64,000 bases of DNA from an uncultured Mucilaginibacter sp. (GTDB lineage Bacteria; Bacteroidota; Bacteroidia; Sphingobacteriales; Sphingobacteriaceae), in the NCBI RefSeq assembly GCF_903893715.1, contig NZ_CAITNG010000094.1, positions 28,560 to 92,559 of the forward strand, in the 5' to 3' direction. Shown here in pieces: positions 48,131-58,968 of this stretch. The notes beneath the pieces are model-generated. The model searched no databases and was not told the origin of the DNA. It saw nothing but the letters and a program-made list of their open reading frames with translations. Positions within the stretch are counted from its first letter, which is position 1. Each line of letters opens with the position of its first letter. The position numbers and the translations under genes are program-made.

Positions 48131-50581
48131 ATGAACATCAAACACACCTGTTTATTATTATTTATACTGTTTTTGGGCCATACCACTTTGCAGGCCCAGG
48201 TAAAAGGTATCGGCAATGTCAACAGCGTTGATGTACAGGGCCAGCAGGTTAATGTAGTTACCGATAATGCCTTTGCCCAAATTACTGTTTATACCCCCGG
48301 GGTAATCAGGGTGAGGATAGATAAAAAGAAACTGGGCGACGATTTTTCATACGCCATCATCGCTACCCCACAAAAAACCAATACAAACATCACCCAAAAC
48401 GCCCAGGAAGTAACCATCCTTACCGACTCGCTCAAAGCCGTCATCAAAAAAAGCCCGTTCTCTTTAAGCTTTTATAATAAGGACGGCGCGTTAATAAGTG
48501 AGGATGAAACCGGTTTAACCACCTCATGGGTAAACGAATCGGTTACCACCTACAAAAAAATGCAAGACGGCGAGCGCTTCATCGGCCTCGGCGAAAAAAC
48601 CGGTAACCTCGACCGCAGGGGAACAGGTTATACCAACTGGAATACGGATGCCTTTGGTTACTCAGATACCCAGGACCCTATTTATTCCACCATACCGTTT
48701 TACATCGGTATACACCACAACATCAACTACGGTATATTTTTAGACAATACCTATCAAACCGACTTCAACTTTGGTGCAAGTAATAACCGCTTCTCATCAT
48801 TCGGCGCACGTGGCGGCGAAATGAACTATTACTTCATCTACAACAAACATATAGCCGATATTATCACGGCCTACACCGCCCTTACAGGCCGCATGAAAAT
48901 GCCGCCACTATGGAGTTTGGGATATCAGCAAAACCGCTACAGCTATTATCCCGAAACCGAGGTGTTCCGCATAGCGCAAACCTTACGGGAGAAAAAGATA
49001 CCTGCCGATGGTATCACCCTCGACATCCACTACATGGATAAATACAAGGTGTTTACCTGGGACAAAACACGTTTCCCCGACCCTAAAGCCATGACGGCTA
49101 AACTAAAGGACATGGGCTTTAAACTAACCGTGATTGTTGACCCCGGCGTTAAAGTGGAACCCGGATACGGCGTTTACGACCGCGGAGTGAAAGCCAACAT
49201 CTTCGCCAAATATCCCGATAGCACCAACTACCAGGGCGAAGTTTGGCCCGGCTGGTGTAACTTCCCCGATTTTACAAACCCCAAAGGTCGTGCCTGGTGG
49301 GGAAATGAGATAAAGAAGTATGGCGATGATGGCATCAGCGGGCTATGGAACGATATGAACGAGATTGCCACCTGGGGCCAAAAAATGCCCGATAACATCA
49401 TTTTTGATTATGAAGGCCACAAGGCATCGCACCTGCAAACCCGCGATGTATACGCCATGCAAATGGCCCGCGCCAGCTACGAAGGTGCCAAGGCCGCCTT
49501 CGGCAAACGCCCTTTTATATTGACCAGGGCAGGATATGCGGGATTTCAACGCTACTCGGCCATCTGGACAGGCGATAACCGCGCCGAAGATAGCCACATG
49601 CTGCTCGGCGTTCGTTTGTTGAATAGCTTAGGCCTAAGCGGTGTTGCCTTTACGGGAATGGACATTGGTGGTTTTGCGGGCAACGGTACACCCGCGCTTT
49701 TTGGCCGCTGGATGCAGATTGGCGCCTTTAACCCATATTTCCGCAACCATACCGCTGTTAATACCAAATCGGCCGAGCCCTGGACCTTTGGCGAAGAGGT
49801 GCTCGAAACATCGCGCAATTACGTTAACCTGCGCTATATGCTGATGCCTTACCTGTATTCCGCATTTTATCAAGCCACACAAAACGGTCAGCCCTTAATG
49901 CGTTCGCTGGCTATCGATTATACATTCGACCCCAATATTTATAACACCCAATTCCAAACCCAATATCTGTTTGGCAGCGCGTTTCTGGTTGCTCCTTTCG
50001 ACGGCACGGCAGGTTTTGGCAAAGTGTATTTCCCGCAAGGTAAATGGTATGATATGTACACCGGTGAGGTACAATCCGGAGGCCAATCAAAAATCATCGA
50101 GCTATCAGCTCACAAGTTACCGGTTTATGTAAAAGAAAGCAGCATTATCCCGATGCAATCGCTGGTGCAAACTACCGCTCAACTACCTACCGATACCCTG
50201 GTGGTGCATATCTACAATGGTGCTGTAAACAACCAATATGTGTATTATGAGGATGATGGTGAGAGCTTTGGTTATGAAAACGGAGCTTACTTTAAACGAG
50301 CCATTAGTTATGATGCCGCTAACCGAAGCATCACTTTCGGAAGTGTTGAGGGTTCCTTCAAATCAAAATTCAATACCATTAAATTGGTGATGCATGGTTT
50401 CGATGGCAATGCCTCATTTAAAATAAACAACAAGGCAGCTGCTTTCAACAACGACTTTGTATCGTACCTAACCCCCGTGTCAAAATTCGACCCGCAGGGT
50501 AACAGCCACAATGTAGAAGGCGACCGTGTAAAGAGCGCCTTTGTTAAAAACGATAACACGCAGTTTTCAATCACTTACTAA
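48131..50581 (+). CDS. GH31 alpha-glucosidase
   Basis: GLGEKTG, PPLWSLGYQQ, LDIHYMD, WNDMNE (nucleophile), AIWTGDN, DIGGF, FRNH. Confidence 0.93.
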   Translation: MNIKHTCLLLFILFLGHTTLQAQVKGIGNVNSVDVQGQQVNVVTDNAFAQITVYTPGVIRVRIDKKKLGDDFSYAIIATPQKTNTNITQNAQEVTILTDSLKAVIKKSPFSLSFYNKDGALISEDETGLTTSWVNESVTTYKKMQDGERFIGLGEKTGNLDRRGTGYTNWNTDAFGYSDTQDPIYSTIPFYIGIHHNINYGIFLDNTYQTDFNFGASNNRFSSFGARGGEMNYYFIYNKHIADIITAYTALTGRMKMPPLWSLGYQQNRYSYYPETEVFRIAQTLREKKIPADGITLDIHYMDKYKVFTWDKTRFPDPKAMTAKLKDMGFKLTVIVDPGVKVEPGYGVYDRGVKANIFAKYPDSTNYQGEVWPGWCNFPDFTNPKGRAWWGNEIKKYGDDGISGLWNDMNEIATWGQKMPDNIIFDYEGHKASHLQTRDVYAMQMARASYEGAKAAFGKRPFILTRAGYAGFQRYSAIWTGDNRAEDSHMLLGVRLLNSLGLSGVAFTGMDIGGFAGNGTPALFGRWMQIGAFNPYFRNHTAVNTKSAEPWTFGEEVLETSRNYVNLRYMLMPYLYSAFYQATQNGQPLMRSLAIDYTFDPNIYNTQFQTQYLFGSAFLVAPFDGTAGFGKVYFPQGKWYDMYTGEVQSGGQSKIIELSAHKLPVYVKESSIIPMQSLVQTTAQLPTDTLVVHIYNGAVNNQYVYYEDDGESFGYENGAYFKRAISYDAANRSITFGSVEGSFKSKFNTIKLVMHGFDGNASFKINNKAAAFNNDFVSYLTPVSKFDPQGNSHNVEGDRVKSAFVKNDNTQFSITY

Positions 50582-50583
50582 GC

Positions 50584-52443
50584 ATGTTAAAAATGAAAAT
50601 TAGAATATACATCATTACCTGTTTGCTGCTTTTATCGGCAACCGTTTTTGCGCAGGTACCGGCTTTGGAACGTGTTGAGCCAATGTTTTGGTGGGTAGGT
50701 ATGAAGAATACCAAACTGCAGCTTATTGTGCATGGTAACAACATTGCCGGCCGCACGGTTAAAATGAACTACGCCGGTGTAAAATTGGTACAGGTGCACA
50801 AGGTGGAAAACCCGAATTATCTGTTCCTTGATCTGGATATTTCACACGCTGCCAAACCCGGTTCCTTCGCTATCAGCTTTATAAAAGCAGGTGATAAAAA
50901 CCTGACCTATACCTATAACCTTTTAAAACGCGACCATGCCATTCGCGCACAGGGTGTAACGGATAAAGACTTTATTTACCTCATCATGCCCGACCGTTTC
51001 TCTAACGGCGACCCAAGTAACGATTCTTTCGCAAACATGCGCGAAACCCGCGTTAACCGCGATTCGATGTACTCCCGCCACGGTGGCGATATACAAGGTT
51101 TGATGAACCATTTGGATTACCTGAAAGACCTGGGCGTTACCACCATTTGGATGACGCCTGAAATTGAGAACGACGAACCACATGCTTCATATCATGGTTA
51201 CGCCGTTACCGACCATTATAAAACCGACCCACGCTATGGTACCAACGAATTGTACAAACAATACGTTGAAAAATGCCATGCCATGGGCTTAAAAGTGATT
51301 AAAGATTTGGTGCACAACCACGTAGGCACCGAGCATTGGTTCATCCGCGATATGCCCATGAAAAGCTGGGTGCACCAATGGCCAAAATATACCAACTCCA
51401 ACTTCAGGTACGGTGCCGTTACGGACCCGCATGCTGCAGCATCCGATACCAAGCAAATGCTCGACGGCTGGTTCGACCGCCATATGGCCGATATGAACCA
51501 GAACAACCCCTACGTTCAAAATTATCTTACCCAAAATCACATCTGGTGGATCGAATACGCCGGTGTAGATGGTTTCCGTCTGGATACCTACCCGTACAAC
51601 GATGCCCCTTACATGGCCGATTGGGCTCAAAAAGTAAAAGCCGAATATCCTCATTTCTCCATTTTTGGCGAAGTATTGGATCAGGCACCGGTGAATGAAG
51701 CCTATTTTGAAGAGGGCAATACGGTTAACCGCGGTTTTGATACCCATTTGCCCGGCATTACCGATGCGGCCGTTAAAGACGCCATTGCCGAGGCCTTGAA
51801 TGGTAAAGACGGTTGGGATGGCGGTGTAAATCGTTTGTACGGTATTTTGGCCCAGGATTTTGTGTATCACGACCCGACCAAAAACGTGGTGTTTTTAGAT
51901 AACCACGATATGGACAGGTTCTTCTCGGTGGTCGATGAAGATTTCAACAAATACAAGGTTGGCATGACCATGCTGCTCACGCTGCGTGGCATACCGCAAA
52001 CCTACTACGGCGATGAGATACTGATGAAAAACCGCTCACGCCCCGATGGCTTGGTACGCTCCGATTTCCCCGGCGGTTTCCCCGGCGATAAGGTAGACAA
52101 GTTTACTGCCGCGGGTAGAACTGACAGGGAAAACGAAGCCTTTAACTATGTACGCACGCTGGCAAATTACCGCAAAAATACCACCGCCTTGCAAACCGGT
52201 AAAATGATGGAGTACATACCCCAAAAAGGCATATTCGTTTATTTTAGGTACGATGCCAAAAGCACCGTAATGGTAATTTATAACAGCGGCGATAAAGATG
52301 CTACCCTAACTACCGACAGGTTTGTTGAGCGCATGGCCGGGTTTACAAAAGCAAAAAATGTGATGACGGGCGAGCAATTGCCGGCCATAACAAACATAAA
52401 TATAAACAGCAAAGGTGCCCTGGTGCTCGAGCTGGCCAAATAA
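50584..52443 (+). CDS. GH13 neopullulanase/cyclomaltodextrinase (SusA-like)
   Basis: RVEPMFWWVGM N-terminal domain, YLIMPDRFSNGD, HGGDIQG, YHGYA, DLVHNH, GFRLDTY, FGE, FLDNHD. Confidence 0.92.
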   Translation: MLKMKIRIYIITCLLLLSATVFAQVPALERVEPMFWWVGMKNTKLQLIVHGNNIAGRTVKMNYAGVKLVQVHKVENPNYLFLDLDISHAAKPGSFAISFIKAGDKNLTYTYNLLKRDHAIRAQGVTDKDFIYLIMPDRFSNGDPSNDSFANMRETRVNRDSMYSRHGGDIQGLMNHLDYLKDLGVTTIWMTPEIENDEPHASYHGYAVTDHYKTDPRYGTNELYKQYVEKCHAMGLKVIKDLVHNHVGTEHWFIRDMPMKSWVHQWPKYTNSNFRYGAVTDPHAAASDTKQMLDGWFDRHMADMNQNNPYVQNYLTQNHIWWIEYAGVDGFRLDTYPYNDAPYMADWAQKVKAEYPHFSIFGEVLDQAPVNEAYFEEGNTVNRGFDTHLPGITDAAVKDAIAEALNGKDGWDGGVNRLYGILAQDFVYHDPTKNVVFLDNHDMDRFFSVVDEDFNKYKVGMTMLLTLRGIPQTYYGDEILMKNRSRPDGLVRSDFPGGFPGDKVDKFTAAGRTDRENEAFNYVRTLANYRKNTTALQTGKMMEYIPQKGIFVYFRYDAKSTVMVIYNSGDKDATLTTDRFVERMAGFTKAKNVMTGEQLPAITNININSKGALVLELAK

Positions 52444-52454
52444 ATAGACTAAAT

Positions 52455-53879
52455 ATGACGATGAGAAAAGTTGTAGAAAGGCCCAGGCTAACCTTCTGGC
52501 AAATTTTTAACATGAGCTTCGGCTTCCTGGGCATCCAGTTTGGTTTTGCTTTACAAAACGGCAATGCATCGCGCATACTGCAAACTTTCGGTGCCGATGT
52601 CGAGCATCTTTCGCTTTTTTGGTTGGCAGCCCCTATAACGGGCATGATTATTCAACCGCTCATCGGGCATTACAGCGACCATACCTGGAACCGTTTAGGC
52701 CGTCGTAAACCTTATTTTTTGGCAGGTGGTATCTTGTCTGGTATCGCGTTGCTTTTTATGCCCAATGCTTCTGTTTTGTTGTTTTTGCCACCGGTAATGA
52801 TAGGAGCGGGTATCCTGATGATTATGGATGCCTCGTTCAATGTAGCCATGGAGCCTTTTCGCGCGCTCATCGCCGATAATTTGCCCGATAGCCAACGTAG
52901 CCTGGGATTCTCTATTCAAACTGCGCTGATAGGTGTTGGTGCTGTTGCCGGTTCGGTTTTCCCCTGGGTGCTTACGCATTTTATGGCCCCCGAAAAAGCT
53001 GTTGCCGGTCATGTACAGCATAACGTAATCTACTCGTTCTATGTAGGTGCTGTCGTAATGATTGCCTGCTTGTTATGGACGATATTCAAAACCAAAGAAT
53101 ACTCTCCCGAAGAAAACGCCAAATTTCATCCTGAAGAAGAAGAAACACAGCAAAAGGAGAGCGTGATGGTGATATTCAAGGACTTTGCTAAAATGCCCGC
53201 AACAATGCGTCAGTTAGGCTTGGTTCAGTTCTTTTCATGGTTTGCCTTATTTTCCATGTGGGTATTTGCTTTTCCTGCAATTTCGCAACACGTATACCAT
53301 GTTCGCGCCGGCGATACAACCTCCGTAAATTTTGCAAAAGCGGGCGATTGGGTTACGCTGATGTTTGGGGTATACAATGGCGTATCTGCCATATACGCGG
53401 CTTTCTTTTTGCCTGCTCTGGCGCGTGCAATCGGTCGTAAAATGGCTCATGCTATTTCATTGTCTATTGGTGGAGTTGGCTTGGTTTCCATATTCTTTAT
53501 CCAAAACCCAACGATGCTTATCCTGTCAATGATAGGGGTAGGCTTAGCCTGGGCGAGTATTTTGGCCATGCCCTACGCTATCTTATCAGGCTCCATCCCC
53601 GCCAAAAAAATGGGCGTGTACATGGGAATTTTCAACTTCTTTATCACTTTCCCGCAAATTATTAACGGCTTTTTTGGTGGCTGGATAGTGAAAAACATCT
53701 TTGGTGGCGAAGCCATTTACGCCATTGTGTTGGCGGGCATATTTATGCTTTGCGGCGCGGTTTCTGTACTTTACGTGCAGGACAATAAGGATATAAAATT
53801 TTTACCCGTAGAAACCGTTGAATCTGACCATACTGAATCATTTGAACCGGCCAAAAACATTGAACATCATACTATCTAA
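52455..53879 (+). CDS. MFS transporter, maltose/maltodextrin (MalT/SLC45-like)
   Basis: MSFGFLGIQFGFALQ, SDHTWNRLGRRKPY, MEPFRALIADNL, MGVYMGIFNFFITFPQI; about 12 TM helices. Confidence 0.9.
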   Translation: MTMRKVVERPRLTFWQIFNMSFGFLGIQFGFALQNGNASRILQTFGADVEHLSLFWLAAPITGMIIQPLIGHYSDHTWNRLGRRKPYFLAGGILSGIALLFMPNASVLLFLPPVMIGAGILMIMDASFNVAMEPFRALIADNLPDSQRSLGFSIQTALIGVGAVAGSVFPWVLTHFMAPEKAVAGHVQHNVIYSFYVGAVVMIACLLWTIFKTKEYSPEENAKFHPEEEETQQKESVMVIFKDFAKMPATMRQLGLVQFFSWFALFSMWVFAFPAISQHVYHVRAGDTTSVNFAKAGDWVTLMFGVYNGVSAIYAAFFLPALARAIGRKMAHAISLSIGGVGLVSIFFIQNPTMLILSMIGVGLAWASILAMPYAILSGSIPAKKMGVYMGIFNFFITFPQIINGFFGGWIVKNIFGGEAIYAIVLAGIFMLCGAVSVLYVQDNKDIKFLPVETVESDHTESFEPAKNIEHHTI

Positions 53880-53890
53880 ATAAAAACATA

Positions 53891-55786
53891 ATGAAAAGGA
53901 CATATTTATTACTGATTGCAGCCGCGTTATTAGTGAGCTTGGGTTGCAGCAAAAAAAGCGTCGACCCCGGTACAGGTGGTGGAGGCGTGCCGTTCCCAAA
54001 TGGTAAAGACCTCCCGGCTGGTGTTGCCGATGGCGTTACCATACTTAACTCAGGCACTTCTGTTATATTCGACCTCACCGCGCCCGGCAAAAGCTCGGTA
54101 AGCATTATAGGCGAATTTAATAACTGGCAGCCTGCCGCCATGACCCCAACACCCGATGGCACACATTGGTGGATACAGATTGACGGCTTGACCCCCACTA
54201 CAGAATACGCCTATCAATACCTAATCGATGGTACCATCAAGGTGGCCGACCCCTATACCGAAAAGGTGCTCGACCCGGCAAACGACCCCGGCATACCGGC
54301 CAGCGTTTATCCCAATCTGAAAGCTTACCCGGCAGGGCAAACAGGTATAGTAAGCATTGTACAACCCGTACAACCGGCTTATACCTGGACAACCACTAAC
54401 TTTACCCGCGCCGCCCCCAAAAACCTGGTAGTATATGAGTTGCTGGTGCGCGATTTTGTAGCCACACACAGCTACAGCACTTTGAAGGATACCATAAGCT
54501 ATCTTGCCAACCTTGGCGTTAACGCCATCGAACTGATGCCCGTAAACGAGTTTGAAGGCAACGACTCATGGGGTTATAATACCAACTTCGGTATGGCGTT
54601 GGATAAATATTACGGCACAAAAAATGCCTATAAAGCTTTTATTGATGCCTGCCACGCAAAAGGTATAGCTGTTATACAGGATTTTGTATTGGAAGACCAG
54701 TTCGGCTCATCGCCGATGGTGCGGATGTATTGCGACGCAAATGGTGTGCCGACGGCCGATAATCCCTGGTTTGATGTCGCCAATATGCACCCTGATGCAG
54801 TTGGCTATCAGCTCAACCACCAGAGTGCCTATACGCAGTATTATACCGAAAGAGTAATGAAGTACTGGATGCAGGAGTACCATATTGATGGTTACAGGTT
54901 CGATGAGGCTAAAGGTTATACCCAAACCTACTCTGCCGACGAAGCCAGTTGGGCCAATTATGATGCCGGCAGGGTTGCTACATGGAAAGCATATAACAGT
55001 TATATGAAAGGCATCGACCCTAATTTTTATGTGATATTGGAATATTTTGCCGGTAACCAGGAAGAATCGGAATTGGCAAACCAAGGCATGATGATGTGGA
55101 ACAACTTAAGTGGCAGCAGCGAGCAGGCTACTATGGGTTATGCTACCAATCCATCCTGGGATATATCCGGGCTATTTTATAACCAGTTCAGTTTTACCGC
55201 ACCTTACGCGCTTATATCATACTTTGAAAGCCACGACGAAGAACGGCTCATGTATAAAAACGAACAATTTGGTAACAGTTCGGGCTCGTACACCACAAAA
55301 GACATCCCAACCGGTTTAAAACGTAACGAAATGGGTGCCGTATTCATGTTCTCGTCCCCCGGGCCTAAAATGCTGTGGCAATTTGGCGAGTTGGGTTACG
55401 ATTATAGTGTAAACTATAATGGCCGCCTGGGCGATAAACCTATCGTTTGGAATTACACATCCGATGTTAACCGCAAACACCTGCAAACCATTTACAGCAA
55501 AATGATAAAATGGAAGATCAATAATCCGGTTTTTGCCACCACCAACTTTAGTTATAGTCTGGCTGGTCCGGTTAAATGGATACAGTTGTTAGACCCATCA
55601 ACCAATGTAGAGGTAGTCGGTAATTTCGATGTGGTTTCGCAGCCAACCAGTATCAACTTCCCGGCGGCGGGCACGTATTATGATAACATTACCGGCACCA
55701 GCATTACCGTGCCGTCATCAACATCGTACGCCATCACATTGGCACCCGGCGAATACCATGTATACAGCACAACAGCATTAAAATAA
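53891..55786 (+). CDS. GH13 alpha-amylase-family lipoprotein with a CBM48-like domain
   Basis: Lipobox SLGC; APGKSSVSIIGEFNNW, ELMPVNEF, WGYN, GYRFDEAKG, ILEY, ESHDEER. Confidence 0.88.
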   Translation: MKRTYLLLIAAALLVSLGCSKKSVDPGTGGGGVPFPNGKDLPAGVADGVTILNSGTSVIFDLTAPGKSSVSIIGEFNNWQPAAMTPTPDGTHWWIQIDGLTPTTEYAYQYLIDGTIKVADPYTEKVLDPANDPGIPASVYPNLKAYPAGQTGIVSIVQPVQPAYTWTTTNFTRAAPKNLVVYELLVRDFVATHSYSTLKDTISYLANLGVNAIELMPVNEFEGNDSWGYNTNFGMALDKYYGTKNAYKAFIDACHAKGIAVIQDFVLEDQFGSSPMVRMYCDANGVPTADNPWFDVANMHPDAVGYQLNHQSAYTQYYTERVMKYWMQEYHIDGYRFDEAKGYTQTYSADEASWANYDAGRVATWKAYNSYMKGIDPNFYVILEYFAGNQEESELANQGMMMWNNLSGSSEQATMGYATNPSWDISGLFYNQFSFTAPYALISYFESHDEERLMYKNEQFGNSSGSYTTKDIPTGLKRNEMGAVFMFSSPGPKMLWQFGELGYDYSVNYNGRLGDKPIVWNYTSDVNRKHLQTIYSKMIKWKINNPVFATTNFSYSLAGPVKWIQLLDPSTNVEVVGNFDVVSQPTSINFPAAGTYYDNITGTSITVPSSTSYAITLAPGEYHVYSTTALK

Positions 55787-55828
55787 CAGCCGGTTAAAAC
55801 CTGTGGTTTATAAAAGTATCGGCATAAC

Positions 55829-57811
55829 ATGACGAGAGCAGTATTGATTTTAGCGTTCCTCAACTTCTTTATCGGGCCTTTTCGCCAAATGCCCGTTGCC
55901 AATGAAGTGCCCGTTTACGCGGGCAAAGACCTCGGAGTTACCTATGCCCCGAAGGCGACGACGTTTAAAGTATGGGCACCAGGCGCTGCCGAGGTAAGGC
56001 TCAGGCTATACGATGCCGGCGATGGTGGGCAACCCGCTTTTACCAAAAGCATGATGCCAAAGGATAATGGCCTGTGGGCAATAGGTGTTGTAGGCAACAT
56101 CAAAAACAAATACTATACCTTCCAGGTTAACCGGGATGGTAAATGGCCTGACGAAGCGCCCGATATTTATGCTAAAGCGGTAGGGGTAAACGGGCACCGC
56201 GGTATGGTGGTCGACCTGAAAGCCACCAACCCACTAAACTGGGCATCAGATAAGCGCCCGCCGCTGAAAAACTTCACCGACATCGTCATTTACGAAACCC
56301 ACATCCGGGATATTTCTGTGAGCCCCAATTCGGGCATCCAACATAAAGGCAAGTTTTTAGGCCTGGCCGAGACGGGTACTAAAAATCCCGACGGGCAGTC
56401 AACCGGCCTCGACCATATTAAAGAGCTCGGCATCACCCATGTGCACATCTTGCCTTCATTCGATTTTAACAGTGTTGATGAGACCAAACGATCTGGCACC
56501 CAATACAACTGGGGATACGACCCACTCAACTATAACGTACCCGAAGGCAGTTACTCCACCAACCCTCACGATGGCAACGTGCGCATCAGAGAATTTAAAC
56601 AGATGGTGCAAGCCCTCCATAAAAACGGGTTAAGGGTAATATTGGATGTAGTCTACAACCATACCAGCGATATCCAACACTCCAACTTTAACCAGTTTGT
56701 ACCGGGCTACTTTTACCGTACCAATACCGATGGCACCTACAGCAATGGCACAGGTTGCGGCAACGAGGTCGCTTCCGAACGTACCATGGTCCGTAAGTTT
56801 ATGATAGAATCGGTTGTGTACTGGGCGAAGGAATATCATCTGGACGGTTTTCGGTTCGACCTGATGGGTGTGCACGATATAGCGACCATGAACGCTATCA
56901 GCGATACCCTGCATAAAATTGACCCTACCATATTTATCTACGGAGAAGGCTGGACGGCAGGCTCAACCCCGCTGCCCGAAAACCAGCGCGCCATAAAAAA
57001 GAATGTGCCCCGGCTCAACAAAATTGCCGCCTTTAGCGACGACCTGCGCGATGCTCTAAAAGGTGGTTGGAGTGACGTGAAAGCCAAAGGCTTTGTAAGC
57101 GGTGCACCCGGCATGGCCGAATCAATAAAGTTTGGTATTGTAGCATCAACCCAACATCCGCAAGTTAATTATGCCATGGTAAATTACTCCAAAGTACCTT
57201 GGGCGGCACAGCCTTATCAAACCATTAGCTATGTATCCTGCCACGACGATAATACCCTGTTCGATCGCCTAAAAATAAGCAACCCCGATGCCACCGAAGC
57301 TCAGCTGATACAAATGGATAAGTTGAGCAACGCGGTGGTACTCACATCGCAGGGCGTGTCGTTCCTGCACTCGGGCGTCGAACTGTTGCGCACCAAACAT
57401 GGAGTCGCCAATTCTTACGTATCGCCCGATAGTATCAATGAGATAGACTGGAGCCGCAAAACAAAATATGAGGCCGTATTTAACTATTATAAATCTTTGG
57501 TTTGGCTGCGTCGCAATCACCCCGCTTTCAGGATGCCCTCAACGCAGATGATAAGCAGCCATTTGGAGTTTATGGATACCGCGAATCCCAACCTAATTAT
57601 GTACCGGCTGAAAGAACATGCCAATGGCGATGCCTGGAAGGATATCCTTGTCATCATCAATGGCAATACCACAGCCCAAACGGTTAAGCTGCCACCGGGT
57701 AACTGGGATTTGGTAGCCAATGAAAATAAGGTGCAGCAAAAGCCGTTAAATAAAGGGATTACGACAGGGCTTACTATCCCGGCAACGGCGCTTTATATCT
57801 TACACAATTAA
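55829..57811 (+). CDS. pulA: Type I pullulanase (GH13)
   Basis: FKVWAP, IYETHIRD, YNWGYDP, LDVVYNH, GFRFDLMG, YGEGW, YVSCHDD. Confidence 0.93.
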   Translation: MTRAVLILAFLNFFIGPFRQMPVANEVPVYAGKDLGVTYAPKATTFKVWAPGAAEVRLRLYDAGDGGQPAFTKSMMPKDNGLWAIGVVGNIKNKYYTFQVNRDGKWPDEAPDIYAKAVGVNGHRGMVVDLKATNPLNWASDKRPPLKNFTDIVIYETHIRDISVSPNSGIQHKGKFLGLAETGTKNPDGQSTGLDHIKELGITHVHILPSFDFNSVDETKRSGTQYNWGYDPLNYNVPEGSYSTNPHDGNVRIREFKQMVQALHKNGLRVILDVVYNHTSDIQHSNFNQFVPGYFYRTNTDGTYSNGTGCGNEVASERTMVRKFMIESVVYWAKEYHLDGFRFDLMGVHDIATMNAISDTLHKIDPTIFIYGEGWTAGSTPLPENQRAIKKNVPRLNKIAAFSDDLRDALKGGWSDVKAKGFVSGAPGMAESIKFGIVASTQHPQVNYAMVNYSKVPWAAQPYQTISYVSCHDDNTLFDRLKISNPDATEAQLIQMDKLSNAVVLTSQGVSFLHSGVELLRTKHGVANSYVSPDSINEIDWSRKTKYEAVFNYYKSLVWLRRNHPAFRMPSTQMISSHLEFMDTANPNLIMYRLKEHANGDAWKDILVIINGNTTAQTVKLPPGNWDLVANENKVQQKPLNKGITTGLTIPATALYILHN

Positions 57812-57815
57812 GCCC

Positions 57816-57823
57816 TATATTTG
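57816..57823 (+). promoter_or_regulatory. -7 promoter element (TATATTTG) upstream of the GH53 gene
   Basis: Matches TAnnTTTG, 22 nt before ATG 57846. Confidence 0.45.
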
Positions 57824-57845
57824 AACCACCAAACCAATTATAACC

Positions 57846-58895
57846 ATGACGAAGTTTAGATATATCAGCCTGCTGGCTGCATTGTTTGTGGTAACAGCTT
57901 GCAGCAAGGGCGGCTCAACGGGCGACAATGGTTCAACCAATACAACTACCACTATTGGCTTGCCCGCAAGTTTTGCCAAAGGGGCCGACATCAGTTGGGT
58001 TACCCAAATGGAATCGGCAGGATATAAGTTTTACAATAACTCGGGTGCGGTTGAAGACTGTTTTCAACTGATGAAAGATAAAGGTATGAATGCCATCCGC
58101 TTGCGTGTATGGGTAAACCCATCCGATGGTTGGTGCAACAAAGCCGACCTGCTTGCCAAAGCCATCCGCGCCAATAATCTGGGTATGAAAATCATGATCG
58201 ACTTTCATTACAGCGATGTTTGGGCCGACCCGGCCCATCAAACCAAACCCGCAGCCTGGGTTGGGCAAAATATCGCCACACTGCAAACCTCGGTTTATAA
58301 TCACACGGTCGATGTATTGTCTACCCTGAAGACCAACGGCATAACACCTGTTTGGGTACAGGTTGGCAACGAAACCAACGATGGTATGCTTTGGGAAGAT
58401 GGCCGTGCATCCACCAATATGGCAAACTTCGCGCTGCTGGTCAATGCGGGCTACAATGCGGTAAAGTTTGTCAATTCTTCCATAAAAGTAATCGTCCATA
58501 TTTCGAATGGTTACGATAACAGTTTGTTTCGATGGATGTTCGATGGTTTAAAGGCTAACAACGCCAATTACGATATTATCGGGATGTCTTTATATCCATC
58601 AACATCAAACTGGGCAACCTTGGATGGCCAATGCCTCACCAACATGAACGATATGGTGAGCCGTTACGGCAAACCCGTTATGATATGCGAAATAGGCATG
58701 GATGTCAACTCGCCGGCCATTACCAATTCCTTTATTACCGATATAATCACCAAGGTAAATTCTGTCCCCAATGGCAATGGCCTGGGCGTGTTTTATTGGG
58801 AGCCCGAAGCGTATAACTGGCAAAGTTATTCTATGGGGGCGTTTGATAATTCCGGCCGTCCCACAACTGCAATGGACGCTTTTTCAATCAATTAG
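57846..58895 (+). CDS. GH53 endo-beta-1,4-galactanase lipoprotein
   Basis: Lipobox VTAC; KGADISW, IRLRVWVNP, DFHYSDVWADP, VQVGNE, IGMSLYP, ICEIG, GVFYWEP. Confidence 0.92.
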   Translation: MTKFRYISLLAALFVVTACSKGGSTGDNGSTNTTTTIGLPASFAKGADISWVTQMESAGYKFYNNSGAVEDCFQLMKDKGMNAIRLRVWVNPSDGWCNKADLLAKAIRANNLGMKIMIDFHYSDVWADPAHQTKPAAWVGQNIATLQTSVYNHTVDVLSTLKTNGITPVWVQVGNETNDGMLWEDGRASTNMANFALLVNAGYNAVKFVNSSIKVIVHISNGYDNSLFRWMFDGLKANNANYDIIGMSLYPSTSNWATLDGQCLTNMNDMVSRYGKPVMICEIGMDVNSPAITNSFITDIITKVNSVPNGNGLGVFYWEPEAYNWQSYSMGAFDNSGRPTTAMDAFSIN

Positions 58896-58968
58896 GCATA
58901 AATTTCCATCCAATTTTTGTAAGCAAATAAAAATACATTTATTTAAATTTGTTCATAAACTTTGACTT

